Part shown: one piece after another, positions 27,326 through 36,970 of the stretch | Layout of the letters: the number at the start of each line of letters is the position of its first letter | How positions within the stretch are numbered: the stretch's first letter is position 1 | Notes under the pieces: model-generated | Databases searched by the model: none | The model's input: the letters and a program-made list of their open reading frames with translations, nothing else | What the model was told of the DNA's origin: nothing | Position numbers and translations under genes: made by a program | Assembly: GCA_039934635.1 (NCBI GenBank) | Contig: JBDTLT010000001.1 | Location: 66,315 to 130,314 of the forward strand | DNA: 64,000 nucleotides | Source of the DNA: Acidimicrobiales bacterium | GTDB lineage: Bacteria; Actinomycetota; Acidimicrobiia; Acidimicrobiales; WLNW01 | Reading direction: 5' to 3'

Positions 27326-28379
27326 TCGTCAACACGGTGCGCGGCGCGCTCGGCCCGCTCGCCATCGCGGCAAGCGCGGTCTCGGCGCCGTCGAGTGGCG
27401 CGGTTTGGCCGATCAACTCGTCGAGCAGCAGTTGCCCGTCGAGGTAGAGCTCGACGAGGCGAGGGATGTCGCGCATCGGGTCGGCGGTGCCGGCGCGGGT
27501 GCCGAGTATCGACTTGTCGAGGTAGAGCTGACGCACTTCGAAGTCGGCGCGCATCCCGAGGCCGGGGAATTCGACAATCACACATTGACCCGACACTGCG
27601 GTGACCCCGACCGCTTGCGTCACCAACGCCGCGTCGGGCAGGCAGACGAACGCATGGTCGACACCTCCGGCTTCGAGATCGAGCACCCCACTCGCCTCGT
27701 GCGTCGCGCTGAATTCGTGCGCCCCGCATCGGCGGGCGAGCGCCTCGAGTTCGACGTTCGTATCGAGCGCGATGATGCGGTGTGCGCCGGCGATGCGAGC
27801 TGCTTGAATCACGTTGAGCCCGAGCGGACCGGCGCCGAATACGGCCACGGTGTCGCCGGCGCGGACGTGCGCGCGATTGGTGACAGCGCCCGCGCCGTGC
27901 AAGACGGCACACGACAAGAGCGACGCCGCGGTTGGTGGGATGCGCGGGTCGACGCGGACGACTTGCTCGCGCCGCACGATGGTGCGCTCGACGAACACGG
28001 AGGTACTGGCGAATTGGTGCAGCTTGTGGCCCGCGGCCGTGAACGGCGACTGGGCGCTGCCGCCGGCATCGAGGCACGAGGTCGGGCGCCCGGCGACGCA
28101 ATGACGGCACCATCCGCAGGAGCGCAGCGTGTGGAGAACGACGAAGTCACCCGGTGCGCACGTGTCGACCGCGTCGCCGACCGATTCGACGATACCCGCG
28201 CCTTCGTGGCCCATGACCAACGGCAGCGGCAACCGGGTCACGCCGGTGAAGACCTTGACGTCGCTCTGGCAAACACCGGCCGCGAGCAGGCGCACCACGA
28301 CTTCGTCGGCCTCGGGCGCCCGCAGCTCGATGTCATCGCGAACGTGGACGCCGTTGTCGTCGAACACCACACCTCGCAT
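27318..28379 (-). CDS. Zinc-dependent alcohol dehydrogenase (MDR family)
   Basis: Track ORF 27318..28412. I prefer ATG 28379 (MRGVVFDD...). GVCQSDV, GHEGAGIVESVGD, a structural Zn Cys cluster (CGWCRHCVAGRPTSC), and GAGPLGL NAD motif. Confidence 0.9.
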   Translation of the reverse strand: MRGVVFDDNGVHVRDDIELRAPEADEVVVRLLAAGVCQSDVKVFTGVTRLPLPLVMGHEGAGIVESVGDAVDTCAPGDFVVLHTLRSCGWCRHCVAGRPTSCLDAGGSAQSPFTAAGHKLHQFASTSVFVERTIVRREQVVRVDPRIPPTAASLLSCAVLHGAGAVTNRAHVRAGDTVAVFGAGPLGLNVIQAARIAGAHRIIALDTNVELEALARRCGAHEFSATHEASGVLDLEAGGVDHAFVCLPDAALVTQAVGVTAVSGQCVIVEFPGLGMRADFEVRQLYLDKSILGTRAGTADPMRDIPRLVELYLDGQLLLDELIGQTAPLDGAETALAAMASGPSAPRTVLTIS

Positions 28380-28444
28380 CGGCCACGCTCCTCGATCGGC
28401 GGCAGTGTGCAAAGCTACGCACTCGCAACGGGGGAGGCCGAACA

Positions 28445-29395
28445 GTGGTGAGTAAAACCGACGCGATGACGACGGCCGAGCTCGACGACATCTACGCGAA
28501 GGTCAAGAACTGGGGACGGTGGGGCGCCGACGACGAGCGGGGCGCACTCAACCACCTCACCGATGCCCATCGCGCGTACGCCGCGACGTTGGTGCGCGAC
28601 GGAGTCACGATCAGCCTCGCCCACGATCTGCCCGTGCGGCCGTCGGCCGAGACGCCGTTCCCCGCGCATCACCACATGCTGGCGTCGGGCGACTCGCGCG
28701 ATTCGTCCGGTGTGCCTGGTTACGAGGCCTGCGGTGACTACATCGGCACGCAGGTGCACGGCCTCGGCATCACGCACATCGACGCGCTGTGCCACATGTT
28801 CGTGCGTAGCGAGATGTACAACGGCCGCCCGACCACCGACGTGCGGGCCGATGGCGCGCGTACGAACACGATCATGTCGGCCGCGGCCGGCATCATCGGG
28901 CGCGGCGTGTTGCTCGACGTGCCCGCGGCGGCCGGCGTCGATTCGTTCCCGCACGACCGCTCGGTCACCGTCGATGAGCTCGAAGCGGCCGAAGCGCGCC
29001 AGAAGCTGCGCGTCGGCGTGGGCGACATCCTCATCGTCTCCACTGGGCGCGACCATCGCCGCACCGAGAAGGGCGGCGTGCTGAGCCCGTTCGCCGATGG
29101 GCTCTCGGGGCTGCATCCCACCTGCCTGCCGTGGCTGCACGAACGAGGCATCGCGGTGCTGGGCAGCGACGGCATCTCCGATCACATGCCCTACATCGGT
29201 ACGCCCGAATGGCCGTTCCCGATCCACCAAATCGGCATCGTCGGCATCGGCTTGCACCTCATCGACAATCTTCATCTCGCACCGATCGCGGCGGCATGCG
29301 CCGAACGAGGCCGCTGGGAGTTCTTGTTGACGGTCAACCCGATCCGCATCCCGGGCGGCACCGGCTGCCCCGTCAACCCCGTCGCCGTCCTCTGA
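28445..29395 (+). CDS. Putative cyclase family protein (kynurenine-formamidase-like fold)
   Basis: 316 aa (alternative ATG at 28466). NWGRWGADDERGALNHLT N-terminus, GITHIDALCH and GRGVLLDV are typical of the ~320-aa actinobacterial 'cyclase family' proteins. Confidence 0.65.
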   Translation: MVSKTDAMTTAELDDIYAKVKNWGRWGADDERGALNHLTDAHRAYAATLVRDGVTISLAHDLPVRPSAETPFPAHHHMLASGDSRDSSGVPGYEACGDYIGTQVHGLGITHIDALCHMFVRSEMYNGRPTTDVRADGARTNTIMSAAAGIIGRGVLLDVPAAAGVDSFPHDRSVTVDELEAAEARQKLRVGVGDILIVSTGRDHRRTEKGGVLSPFADGLSGLHPTCLPWLHERGIAVLGSDGISDHMPYIGTPEWPFPIHQIGIVGIGLHLIDNLHLAPIAAACAERGRWEFLLTVNPIRIPGGTGCPVNPVAVL

Positions 29396-29409
29396 CCCGC
29401 GAGGTCGCC

Positions 29410-29865
29410 ATGGCAACCATGCCCGTACCCGACGCCGAAGTGCACGCGCTGCTCGACGAGCGCGGAATCATTCGCACCATGCACCGCTACTGCCGAGCGC
29501 TCGATAGCGGGAGCGAGCACGAATGGCTCGACATATTCACCGAAGACGCCACGTACGACACGGTTTTGCCCGACGGGACAGTGTTCGCGCATCTCACGAC
29601 CCGCGATGAATTCGTCGCGTTCTTGCATGCGTATCCCCGCCAACCGGTGACCGCACCGAAGCACGTGATCGTCGATCCGATCATCGAAATCGACGGTGAC
29701 GTGGCGCGGGGCGAGAGCACGTTCTTGTTCCTCAACCAGGCGCCGAGTGCACCGCCGCGCGTCATGGCCTGGGGCCGCTACGTCGACCAATTCCGTCGCG
29801 AGGGTGGCGTGTGGCGCATAGCCGCCCGTCTCTGCGAGACCGAAGCGGTCGCCGCGGACGCCTAA
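29410..29865 (+). CDS. SnoaL-like / NTF2-fold protein
   Basis: ATG 29410 in frame in track ORF 29131..29865. IIRTMHRYCRALDSGSEHEWLDIFTEDATYD is the typical SnoaL_4 N-terminus. 151 aa. Confidence 0.7.
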   Translation: MATMPVPDAEVHALLDERGIIRTMHRYCRALDSGSEHEWLDIFTEDATYDTVLPDGTVFAHLTTRDEFVAFLHAYPRQPVTAPKHVIVDPIIEIDGDVARGESTFLFLNQAPSAPPRVMAWGRYVDQFRREGGVWRIAARLCETEAVAADA

Positions 29866-29881
29866 CCCCTGATAACGGGGT

Positions 29882-30718
29882 TTAGCGGACGCCGGTAGGG
29901 GCCGCGGCGCCGACCGTGCACCGCCGGACCAGGCGGCGCGACGGGAAGTGGTCGGACAGGGCGCGATGGTTGGTGCAGCGTTCGTCCCAGACGACGAGGT
30001 CGTTGGGTTCGTAGTGCCAGCGCACCTGGATGTTGGGGTCGTCGAGTTGTGAGCGCAAGAAACGCAGCAGCAAATCGCTCTCGGCTTGGTGCATGCCGGT
30101 GATGCCCTTGATGTAATCGCCGCACATGTAGAGGGCCTTGCGCCCTGTGACGGGATGCACGCGCACGATGGGATGCTGCGCACCTTTGAACTCATCGGCG
30201 ACGCGCTGGTAGATCTCTTCGCCGTACTGCACGACGGTGGCGTCGCGGAACCAGTCGCCGACGCGTACGTCCCACGTGAGTTGATCGACGACCTGCTGCA
30301 TCGTCAACGAGAGTTTGTCGTACGCGTCGTAGAGGTTGAGCCACAGCGTGTCGCCGCCGACAGGCGCGGTCACCCGCATGCTGAGCACCGCGATGTCGGG
30401 AGGTTCGGCGAGGAACGCCGCATCGGTGTGCCAGAGATCGGCTTTGGGTGGACTGTCGGGCGTGTCCTCGATGAACTCGATCGGCAGGTCGAGCCCACGA
30501 GCGCGGGTCGTGGGATAGACGTTGGGCGCGCCGAAGCGCGATGCGAACGCAAGGTGCTGATCGTCATCGATGTCCTGCTCGCGGAAGAACAGCACGAGGT
30601 GCTGCATGAGCGCGTCGTAGATCACCGCGAAGTCGTCGTCGCTGAGCCGCTCGCGTAGATCGGCGCCCCGCACGATCGCGCCGAGGGATCGGGCGATTGG
30701 TTCTACTTGGACGCTCAC
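29882..30718 (-). CDS. TauD/TfdA family Fe(II)/2-oxoglutarate-dependent dioxygenase
   Basis: GTG at 30718 in frame in track ORF 29882..31117; the start overlaps the upstream stop (GTGA at 30715-30718). GAIVRGADL, LVLFFREQDIDDDQHLAFASRFG and the HxD motif WHTDAAFLAEPPDIAVLS. Confidence 0.85.
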   Translation of the reverse strand: MSVQVEPIARSLGAIVRGADLRERLSDDDFAVIYDALMQHLVLFFREQDIDDDQHLAFASRFGAPNVYPTTRARGLDLPIEFIEDTPDSPPKADLWHTDAAFLAEPPDIAVLSMRVTAPVGGDTLWLNLYDAYDKLSLTMQQVVDQLTWDVRVGDWFRDATVVQYGEEIYQRVADEFKGAQHPIVRVHPVTGRKALYMCGDYIKGITGMHQAESDLLLRFLRSQLDDPNIQVRWHYEPNDLVVWDERCTNHRALSDHFPSRRLVRRCTVGAAAPTGVR

Positions 30719-31779
30719 GGTGCGCTGAATCCGTAGAGGCGTTGCGCGTTGCCACCCATGATGGCCGCCGCTGCAGTGTCGCCGAGAAGATCGCGCACGC
30801 GCTGCCACACGTCTGCAGTCGCGCCGAAGGTGCCTTCGGGATGTGGGTAGTCGCTCGACCACAGCACCCGGTCGACCCCGATGTACTCGATCTGTTCGAG
30901 ACCGCGCGGATCGTCCATGAACGTGGCCTGGCACTGTGTGTGCCAGTAGTGGCTCGGTGGGTGGGGGAGGCGCGGTTCGAGGTACGCCGCGAACTCGCGG
31001 TAGACGCGATCGGCGTGGTCGAGCACCGACGGCACCCAACTGATGCCGCCTTCGGTGAACACGACCTGTAACCCCGGGTGCCGGTCGAGCAGGCCGGTGA
31101 ACACGAGGTACGACCACAGCTTGCGGAACGGTTGCATCGACACGGTGAGGAATGTGCCGAGGCCACCAGGGCCGTTGTCATCGGGCGCTTCGCTGATGTG
31201 GAAGTTGAGCGGGAGCCCTGAATCTTCGATGGCGCTCCACATGGGTTCCATCTCGGCATCGGCATAACGGATGTCGCGCGGATAGTTCGGCAGCATCATC
31301 GTCTTGAAGCCGAGTGCCTTGAGGTGGCCGATGTAGTCGGCGGTGGCCTCGGGTCGGTAGAACGTCGGCAGGATGGGCACGCCGTGGAGACGGCCCTTGG
31401 ACGAGGCGCACCAACTCGCCAACCATTCGTTGAACGAGTTGAGGCAATCGAACATGAGGTCGCGGTCGGCAATGCCCGACATCGACATGGCGCGTTGCGG
31501 GAACTGGATCGCGATGTCGATGCCCTCGCGGTCGAGCACGCTGACGCGGGCGGTGACGTCCATCGAGCCGAGCGCGTCATCGGAAAGCTTCATCAGTTGG
31601 GGGAACAGGGTGAACGTGCGCAGGACGTGCGCGGAACTGTCGAGCGCGATGCCGACACCGACGAGTCGCGGAGCCCGATCGCGGTCCTTGGCCGGCAGTG
31701 ATCGAGGCAGCCAATCGTCCCAGAACTCGGGTGACTCGACGACATGTTCGTCTGCAGATACGACAACCGAAGCGACCAT
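30715..31779 (-). CDS. Amidohydrolase-2 family metal-dependent hydrolase (PF04909-like)
   Basis: 354 aa. VVVSADEHVVESPEFW N-terminus and LWSSDYPHPEGTF C-terminal motif. Translationally coupled to the TauD gene. Confidence 0.85.
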   Translation of the reverse strand: MVASVVVSADEHVVESPEFWDDWLPRSLPAKDRDRAPRLVGVGIALDSSAHVLRTFTLFPQLMKLSDDALGSMDVTARVSVLDREGIDIAIQFPQRAMSMSGIADRDLMFDCLNSFNEWLASWCASSKGRLHGVPILPTFYRPEATADYIGHLKALGFKTMMLPNYPRDIRYADAEMEPMWSAIEDSGLPLNFHISEAPDDNGPGGLGTFLTVSMQPFRKLWSYLVFTGLLDRHPGLQVVFTEGGISWVPSVLDHADRVYREFAAYLEPRLPHPPSHYWHTQCQATFMDDPRGLEQIEYIGVDRVLWSSDYPHPEGTFGATADVWQRVRDLLGDTAAAAIMGGNAQRLYGFSAP

Positions 31780-31815
31780 GCGCTCATCGTACTAGCGGCC
31801 GCTAACGTGGGCCGC

Positions 31816-33495
31816 ATGCATGATCTCGTCATTCGTCGCGGCCAGGTTGTTGACGGCACCGGAAGCGCCCCGGTCGTGACTGACATCGCGATCGACGGTG
31901 GGCTGATCACCGAGGTGGGCGACGTCGGCGCGGCGCGCCAGACCATCGATGCCGACGGCCTGCTCGTCACACCCGGTTTCGTCGATGTGCACACCCACTA
32001 CGACGCGCAGGCGATGTGGGACGAGCAGCTCGGCTCGTCGTGCTGGCACGGCGTCACTACCGCGGTGATCGGCAACTGTGGCGTCGGTTTCGCACCCGTA
32101 CGACCCGAGCATCGCCCCTTCCTCGCGAAGGCGATGGAGGGCGTCGAGGACATCTCCGTCGCCGTGCTCGACGAAGGCCTCGATTGGGGCTGGGAGACTT
32201 TCACCGACTACCTCGACGCGCTCGACCGTCGCCACCGCGTGATGGATGTCGCGGCGCTGTTGCCGCACACACCATTGCGTCTCTACGCGATGGGCGAGCG
32301 AGCCTTCGACGGGCGCAACACGCCGACCCCCGACGAGCTCGAGACCATCACTTCGCTCGTGCGCAACGCGCTCGAGGCGGGTGCGGTCGGCGTTGCCACG
32401 TTGCGCACGCAGATCCACCGCACCAGCGACGGCGACCTCATGCCGACCTTCTGCGCCGGCGACGAAGAGTTGGGTGCCATCGTCGAAGGCATGCGTCAGG
32501 CCAACCGCGGATTCTTCGAGGTCGCCGCCGACTACGCGACCGATCCGCAAGAGATCGAGTTCGAGCGCTTCCGTCGCATCGCCGCGGTGCGTCCCTTCAC
32601 GATGCCGGTCACGCAGACCCACACCGACCCCGACGACTACCGCGTATTGATGGACTTCATCACCAAGGCCAACGAAGACGGGCTGCGCATGACCGCGCAA
32701 GCCGCGATCCGTCCCGTGGCGCGCGTGCTCGGTCTCGACAGCACGTCGCAATTCTTCGCGGTGTGCCCTTCATATCAACCGTTCGCTGACCTTCCCCTTG
32801 CCGAACGCGTCGTGCGCCTGCGCGATCCCGAAGTGAAAGAGCGCATCGTGGCCGAGGCGACGGCCATCCCGCAGCGCTGGGACTTCGAGTGGATCTATCC
32901 GATCGACGATCACTTCAGCTACGAGCCCGATCTCGACCGGTCGATTGGTGCGCAAGCCCGTGCCCTCGGGCAACGCCCGTTCGAGCGTATCTACGACGTG
33001 TTGCTCGAAAACGGTGGACAGTCGTTCATATTCTGCCCGTCGCGCAACTTCGCCGGCGGCACCGCCGAGGCGGTACGCGACATGCTGCTGTCGCCCTATT
33101 CGGTGCCGGGCCTCGGCGACGGCGGGGCGCACGCGACCTACATCTGCGACATGTCGTTCCCGACAACCCTGCTGGCCCATTGGGGACGTGACCGCACGCG
33201 CGGTGAGCGGCTGCCGGTGCCCCTACTCGTACGCAAGCACACACTCGATTCGGCCAAGCTCGCAGGCTTCACCGACCGCGGCGTGATCGCACCTGGCTAC
33301 CGCGCCGACATCAACGTGATCGACTTCGACCGCTTGCGGGTGCTGCCCCCGACGATGGCGTATGACTTCCCGGCAGGCGGTCGCCGCTTGTTGCAGCGCG
33401 CCGAGGGCTATCGCAACACGATTGTGGCCGGCGAGGTCACCTACGTTGACGGCGAGCACACCGGTGCGCTGCCGGGTCGCGTCGTGCGCTCGTAG
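31816..33495 (+). CDS. N-acyl-D-amino-acid deacylase (D-aminoacylase)-like amidohydrolase
   Basis: ATG 31816 in frame in track ORF 31744..33495. [15 protein letters not shown]...[14 protein letters not shown], metal motif [22 protein letters not shown]. About 559 aa. Paralog of 34417..36054. Confidence 0.8.
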   Translation: MHDLVIRRGQVVDGTGSAPVVTDIAIDGGLITEVGDVGAARQTIDADGLLVTPGFVDVHTHYDAQAMWDEQLGSSCWHGVTTAVIGNCGVGFAPVRPEHRPFLAKAMEGVEDISVAVLDEGLDWGWETFTDYLDALDRRHRVMDVAALLPHTPLRLYAMGERAFDGRNTPTPDELETITSLVRNALEAGAVGVATLRTQIHRTSDGDLMPTFCAGDEELGAIVEGMRQANRGFFEVAADYATDPQEIEFERFRRIAAVRPFTMPVTQTHTDPDDYRVLMDFITKANEDGLRMTAQAAIRPVARVLGLDSTSQFFAVCPSYQPFADLPLAERVVRLRDPEVKERIVAEATAIPQRWDFEWIYPIDDHFSYEPDLDRSIGAQARALGQRPFERIYDVLLENGGQSFIFCPSRNFAGGTAEAVRDMLLSPYSVPGLGDGGAHATYICDMSFPTTLLAHWGRDRTRGERLPVPLLVRKHTLDSAKLAGFTDRGVIAPGYRADINVIDFDRLRVLPPTMAYDFPAGGRRLLQRAEGYRNTIVAGEVTYVDGEHTGALPGRVVRS

Positions 33496-33516
33496 GCGAG
33501 CGCCTCGGCTACTGCG

Positions 33517-34311
33517 TCAGCGGAGGTCGCCGACGAGCCGGCCGCCGCGGGCCAGCGCGCTCTCGAGCTCTGGCTCTTTGACCTTGCCGTACTCCTGCAT
33601 CGACGCGTCGCGGCGGAAGTTGATGAACTTGATGCCGTTGGCGCCGGTCGTTACCGAATAGCGCACGTTGGCAGGCAATGCGAGACAGGTGCCAGGCATG
33701 TACTCGGAACGGCCCATCACGAGGCTGCCGTCCATTATGTAGATCAACTCGTCTTGACTATGGCTGTGGGGCGTGTCGCGCCGGTGCGGTTCGTGCAGTG
33801 CAACGTGGAAGAGCGCGATGCGCGACGTGCTCTGCGTCGAATCGGCAAACCAGCGCGCGAGGTAGTGGATGCCGCTGCCGGACTGATACCAACCTTGATC
33901 GCCGACCACGTGCACAGTGCGGCCGTCGCGCGCAGGAGCGCCCCACATGCCGTCGGTCGGTGGCGTCGGGTCATAGGAGCCCACATGCAACACGCGCGTC
34001 GGGCCGATCGCCCCCGCCGTGCATTCGACATCGGACTCGACGATGATCGCGCCTTCGGTCGGGCAGCGACGCACCTTGCCATCGTGGTCGACATCGAGCT
34101 CGCCCTCGATCACATAGACGCCGTCGTCACTGTGTGGCGCGCTCCAGCGCAGCTCGGCGCCGTCTTCGAGTTGCGACTCGACCATCCATATCGAATAGTC
34201 GTCGGGCGAGATGCGGACCGATGACTTGACGCCGGTCGCGCGGCGATCGGGCGCCGCGTATGCCGTGCTCGTCGCAACCTCGTCGCGACTGATGGCGGTG
34301 AACTTGGCCAT
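33517..34311 (-). CDS. Bicupin protein
   Basis: Track ORF 33517..34350; I prefer ATG 34311 (MAKFTAISRDE). The second cupin has PHSHSQDELIYIMDGSL...PANVRY. The first is degenerate (HSDDGVYVIEGEL). Confidence 0.6.
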   Translation of the reverse strand: MAKFTAISRDEVATSTAYAAPDRRATGVKSSVRISPDDYSIWMVESQLEDGAELRWSAPHSDDGVYVIEGELDVDHDGKVRRCPTEGAIIVESDVECTAGAIGPTRVLHVGSYDPTPPTDGMWGAPARDGRTVHVVGDQGWYQSGSGIHYLARWFADSTQSTSRIALFHVALHEPHRRDTPHSHSQDELIYIMDGSLVMGRSEYMPGTCLALPANVRYSVTTGANGIKFINFRRDASMQEYGKVKEPELESALARGGRLVGDLR

Positions 34312-34416
34312 GGCCGTACCCCCAGGGTGATGTCTGTGCAATCTAGTCACAGCGGTGGCGCGAATCCGCCGCCGGTGAGTGTGTTACCGTCCGCGCGAAC
34401 GGTGTTCGGGGGCCTC

Positions 34417-36054
34417 ATGCGAACGATCTTGCGAGGAGGACGCGTCGTCGACGGCACCGGCGCGCCGGCAGTGTCCGCCGATGTCGAAGTCGTCGACGGT
34501 CGTATCGCCCGTGTCGGTGACGTGGGGTCGACGACGGGCGCGGAGCTGATCGACCTCGACGGTCTCGTGCTCGCTCCCGGGTTCATCGACATCCACACCC
34601 ACTTCGACGCGCAACTGTTCTGGGACGCGGACTTCACGCCGTCCTGTTGGCACGGTGTGACCACTGCTATCCAAGGCAACTGCGGCTTCGGCATCGCGCC
34701 CACGCGACCACACGACCGCGACCTCATCATGCAGACGCTCGAGTTCGTCGAAGGCATGAACGTCAACACGTTGCGCTCGGGCATCGACTGGTGCTTCGAG
34801 TCGTTCCCCGAGTACCTCGCGGTGTTACGCGAGCGACCCAAGCGCATCAACCTCGGGTCGTACATCGGACACACGCCGGTGCGCACGTACGTGATGGGCG
34901 CCGAGGATGCAGTACGGCGCACCGCGACCGCCGACGAGGTGGCCCAGATGCGCCAGATTGTCGTCGAGGCGATGGAAGCAGGCGCGGCGGGCTTCTCCAG
35001 TTCGTTCGCGCCGTCGCACAACGGCGCGTACGGCATGCCGGTGCCGAGCCGGCTCGCGGACGTACACGAACTCCGTGCGTTGTGCAGCGCAGTGGCCGAC
35101 AGCGGTCGCGGCATCGTCGAGATCACTTACGGCCCGCAGATGGAAATCGAAGACGCCGCGCGCTGGGCCGCTGAGCTGGGCGTGCGCGTGACTTGGGGCG
35201 CGCTGCTGACCGGCTTGTTCGGGCCGCACGGCACGACGATCGACATGCTCGATCGGGCCACGGCCATCTCGAGCGACATCTGGCCGCAGGTGAGTTGCCG
35301 CGAGATCGTGTTCTTGATGACGATGGAAGACCCGTACTACTTCGGCACCGCGCCGTCGTTCAAACGAGTGCTGCAGGCTCCCCGCCACGAACGCATCGAC
35401 GTCTATCGAGATCTTGCATGGCGCGAACAAGCCAAAGCCGACATCCCGATCTACCGGCCCGACGCGTACGACAAGGCATCGATCGCGGAATCAATGGCGT
35501 TCGCCGATGATCGCGGTCGTTCGCTGGCCGACCTCGCACACGAGCGCAACGTGCACCCCTTCGACCTGTGGCTCGACATGGCGATCGCCGAAGACCTCAC
35601 GACGAGGTTTCGCATCGTGTCGCGCAACGCGGATGAGGAGGAGTTGGCGCAGCTGTTGCGCGACCCGCGCACCGTGCTCGGCGCGCATGACGCCGGTGCG
35701 CACGTCGAGATGTTGTGCGACTCGTGCTACCCGACGCACCTACTCGGGTACTGGGTGCGCGAGAAGCAGGCCTTGTCAGTCGAGCAAGCGGTGTGGCGCC
35801 TCAGCGGTCAACCCGCCGATCTGTGGCGCATCCGCGACCGCGGCACCATCCGCCCGGGGTATCACGCCGACCTCGTCGCCTTCGACCCCGACTCGGTTGC
35901 GGCGATGCCGGCCGATCGCGTCTTCGACTTCCCCGCCAACGGCGACCGCTTGGTGAGCCGCAGCATCGGTATCCACCACATCTGGGTCAACGGGCAGGCC
36001 ACTCGGCGCGGCGGCGAGGACATCGCGGGGGCGGCACCGGGCGTGGTGGTGTGA
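34417..36054 (+). CDS. N-acyl-D-amino-acid deacylase (D-aminoacylase)-like amidohydrolase
   Basis: ATG 34417 in frame in track ORF 34327..36054. MRTILRGGRVVDGTG...VEVVDGRIARVGD, PGFIDIHTHFD, GVTTAIQGNCG. About 545 aa. Confidence 0.8.
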   Translation: MRTILRGGRVVDGTGAPAVSADVEVVDGRIARVGDVGSTTGAELIDLDGLVLAPGFIDIHTHFDAQLFWDADFTPSCWHGVTTAIQGNCGFGIAPTRPHDRDLIMQTLEFVEGMNVNTLRSGIDWCFESFPEYLAVLRERPKRINLGSYIGHTPVRTYVMGAEDAVRRTATADEVAQMRQIVVEAMEAGAAGFSSSFAPSHNGAYGMPVPSRLADVHELRALCSAVADSGRGIVEITYGPQMEIEDAARWAAELGVRVTWGALLTGLFGPHGTTIDMLDRATAISSDIWPQVSCREIVFLMTMEDPYYFGTAPSFKRVLQAPRHERIDVYRDLAWREQAKADIPIYRPDAYDKASIAESMAFADDRGRSLADLAHERNVHPFDLWLDMAIAEDLTTRFRIVSRNADEEELAQLLRDPRTVLGAHDAGAHVEMLCDSCYPTHLLGYWVREKQALSVEQAVWRLSGQPADLWRIRDRGTIRPGYHADLVAFDPDSVAAMPADRVFDFPANGDRLVSRSIGIHHIWVNGQATRRGGEDIAGAAPGVVV

Positions 36055-36076
36055 GAAGTCGGCACGAGGAGGACTG

Positions 36077-36970
36077 TTGATGAGTGGCGAATGTGCAGGC
36101 AAGACTGCGATCGTGACCGGTGGCAGTCGAGGCATCGGCAAGGCGATCGCGCAACGGTTGGCCGCGGAGGGCGCTGCGGTGTGCGTGACGAGCCGCAGCC
36201 TTGCGCCCGGCTCGCACACCTTCGCCGGCTCGCTCCAAGAGACCGTGGCCGAGATCGAGGCTGCCGGGGGTCGCGCCGTCGCGGTCGCGGCCGATTTCGG
36301 TGACCCGAACTTCGATAAGCGGCGGGTGATCGACGCGGTGCACGATGCATTCGGCGCACCGGTCGACATACTCGTCAACAACGCGGCGGCGCCGCGGACG
36401 TTTCACCTCGGGCTCGAACAGACAACCCGCGACGTCTTCATGGAAGCCATCGAAGTCAATGCCTGGGCCGCGTGGGAACTGTCCGCACTCGTTGCCGCGG
36501 ACATGCGGGCACAGGGGCAGGGTTGGATCTGCAACATCTCGTCGCGCGCGGCGGGCCCCAAGGTGGGCCCTCCGTTTCCGAAGACACAAGTCGGTGCGCA
36601 GATCCTCTACGGCTGTACCAAGGCCATGCTCGATCGCATCACCACTGGCGCGGCGATGGAGCTCTATGACGACAACATCGCCGTCAATACGCTCGCGCCG
36701 GAGTCGGCCGTGATGACCGAGAACGCGTCGAGTCTCGTGAGCCCGCCGTCGAGCTCGATCGAGCCGATGGAGACCTTCGTCGAGGCGACCGTCGCGCTGT
36801 GCACGTGTGACCCCAAGACCCTGACGGGCCGCGTCACATACAGCCTCTCGCTGTTGGTCGAGTTGAACCGGCCCGTGCGCACCGTTGACGGATCAGCGCT
36901 GGTCGAAGGGTGGCAGCCCGACGAGATCGACCGCTCGCGCCTCATCCCCTCGTATCTACGCATGGGTTGA
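36077..36970 (+). CDS. Short-chain dehydrogenase/reductase (SDR), extended C-terminus
   Basis: 297 aa. GKTAIVTGGSRGIGKAIAQRLAAEGAAVCVTSR, NNAA, and YGCTKAM catalytic motif. Confidence 0.85.
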   Translation: MMSGECAGKTAIVTGGSRGIGKAIAQRLAAEGAAVCVTSRSLAPGSHTFAGSLQETVAEIEAAGGRAVAVAADFGDPNFDKRRVIDAVHDAFGAPVDILVNNAAAPRTFHLGLEQTTRDVFMEAIEVNAWAAWELSALVAADMRAQGQGWICNISSRAAGPKVGPPFPKTQVGAQILYGCTKAMLDRITTGAAMELYDDNIAVNTLAPESAVMTENASSLVSPPSSSIEPMETFVEATVALCTCDPKTLTGRVTYSLSLLVELNRPVRTVDGSALVEGWQPDEIDRSRLIPSYLRMG

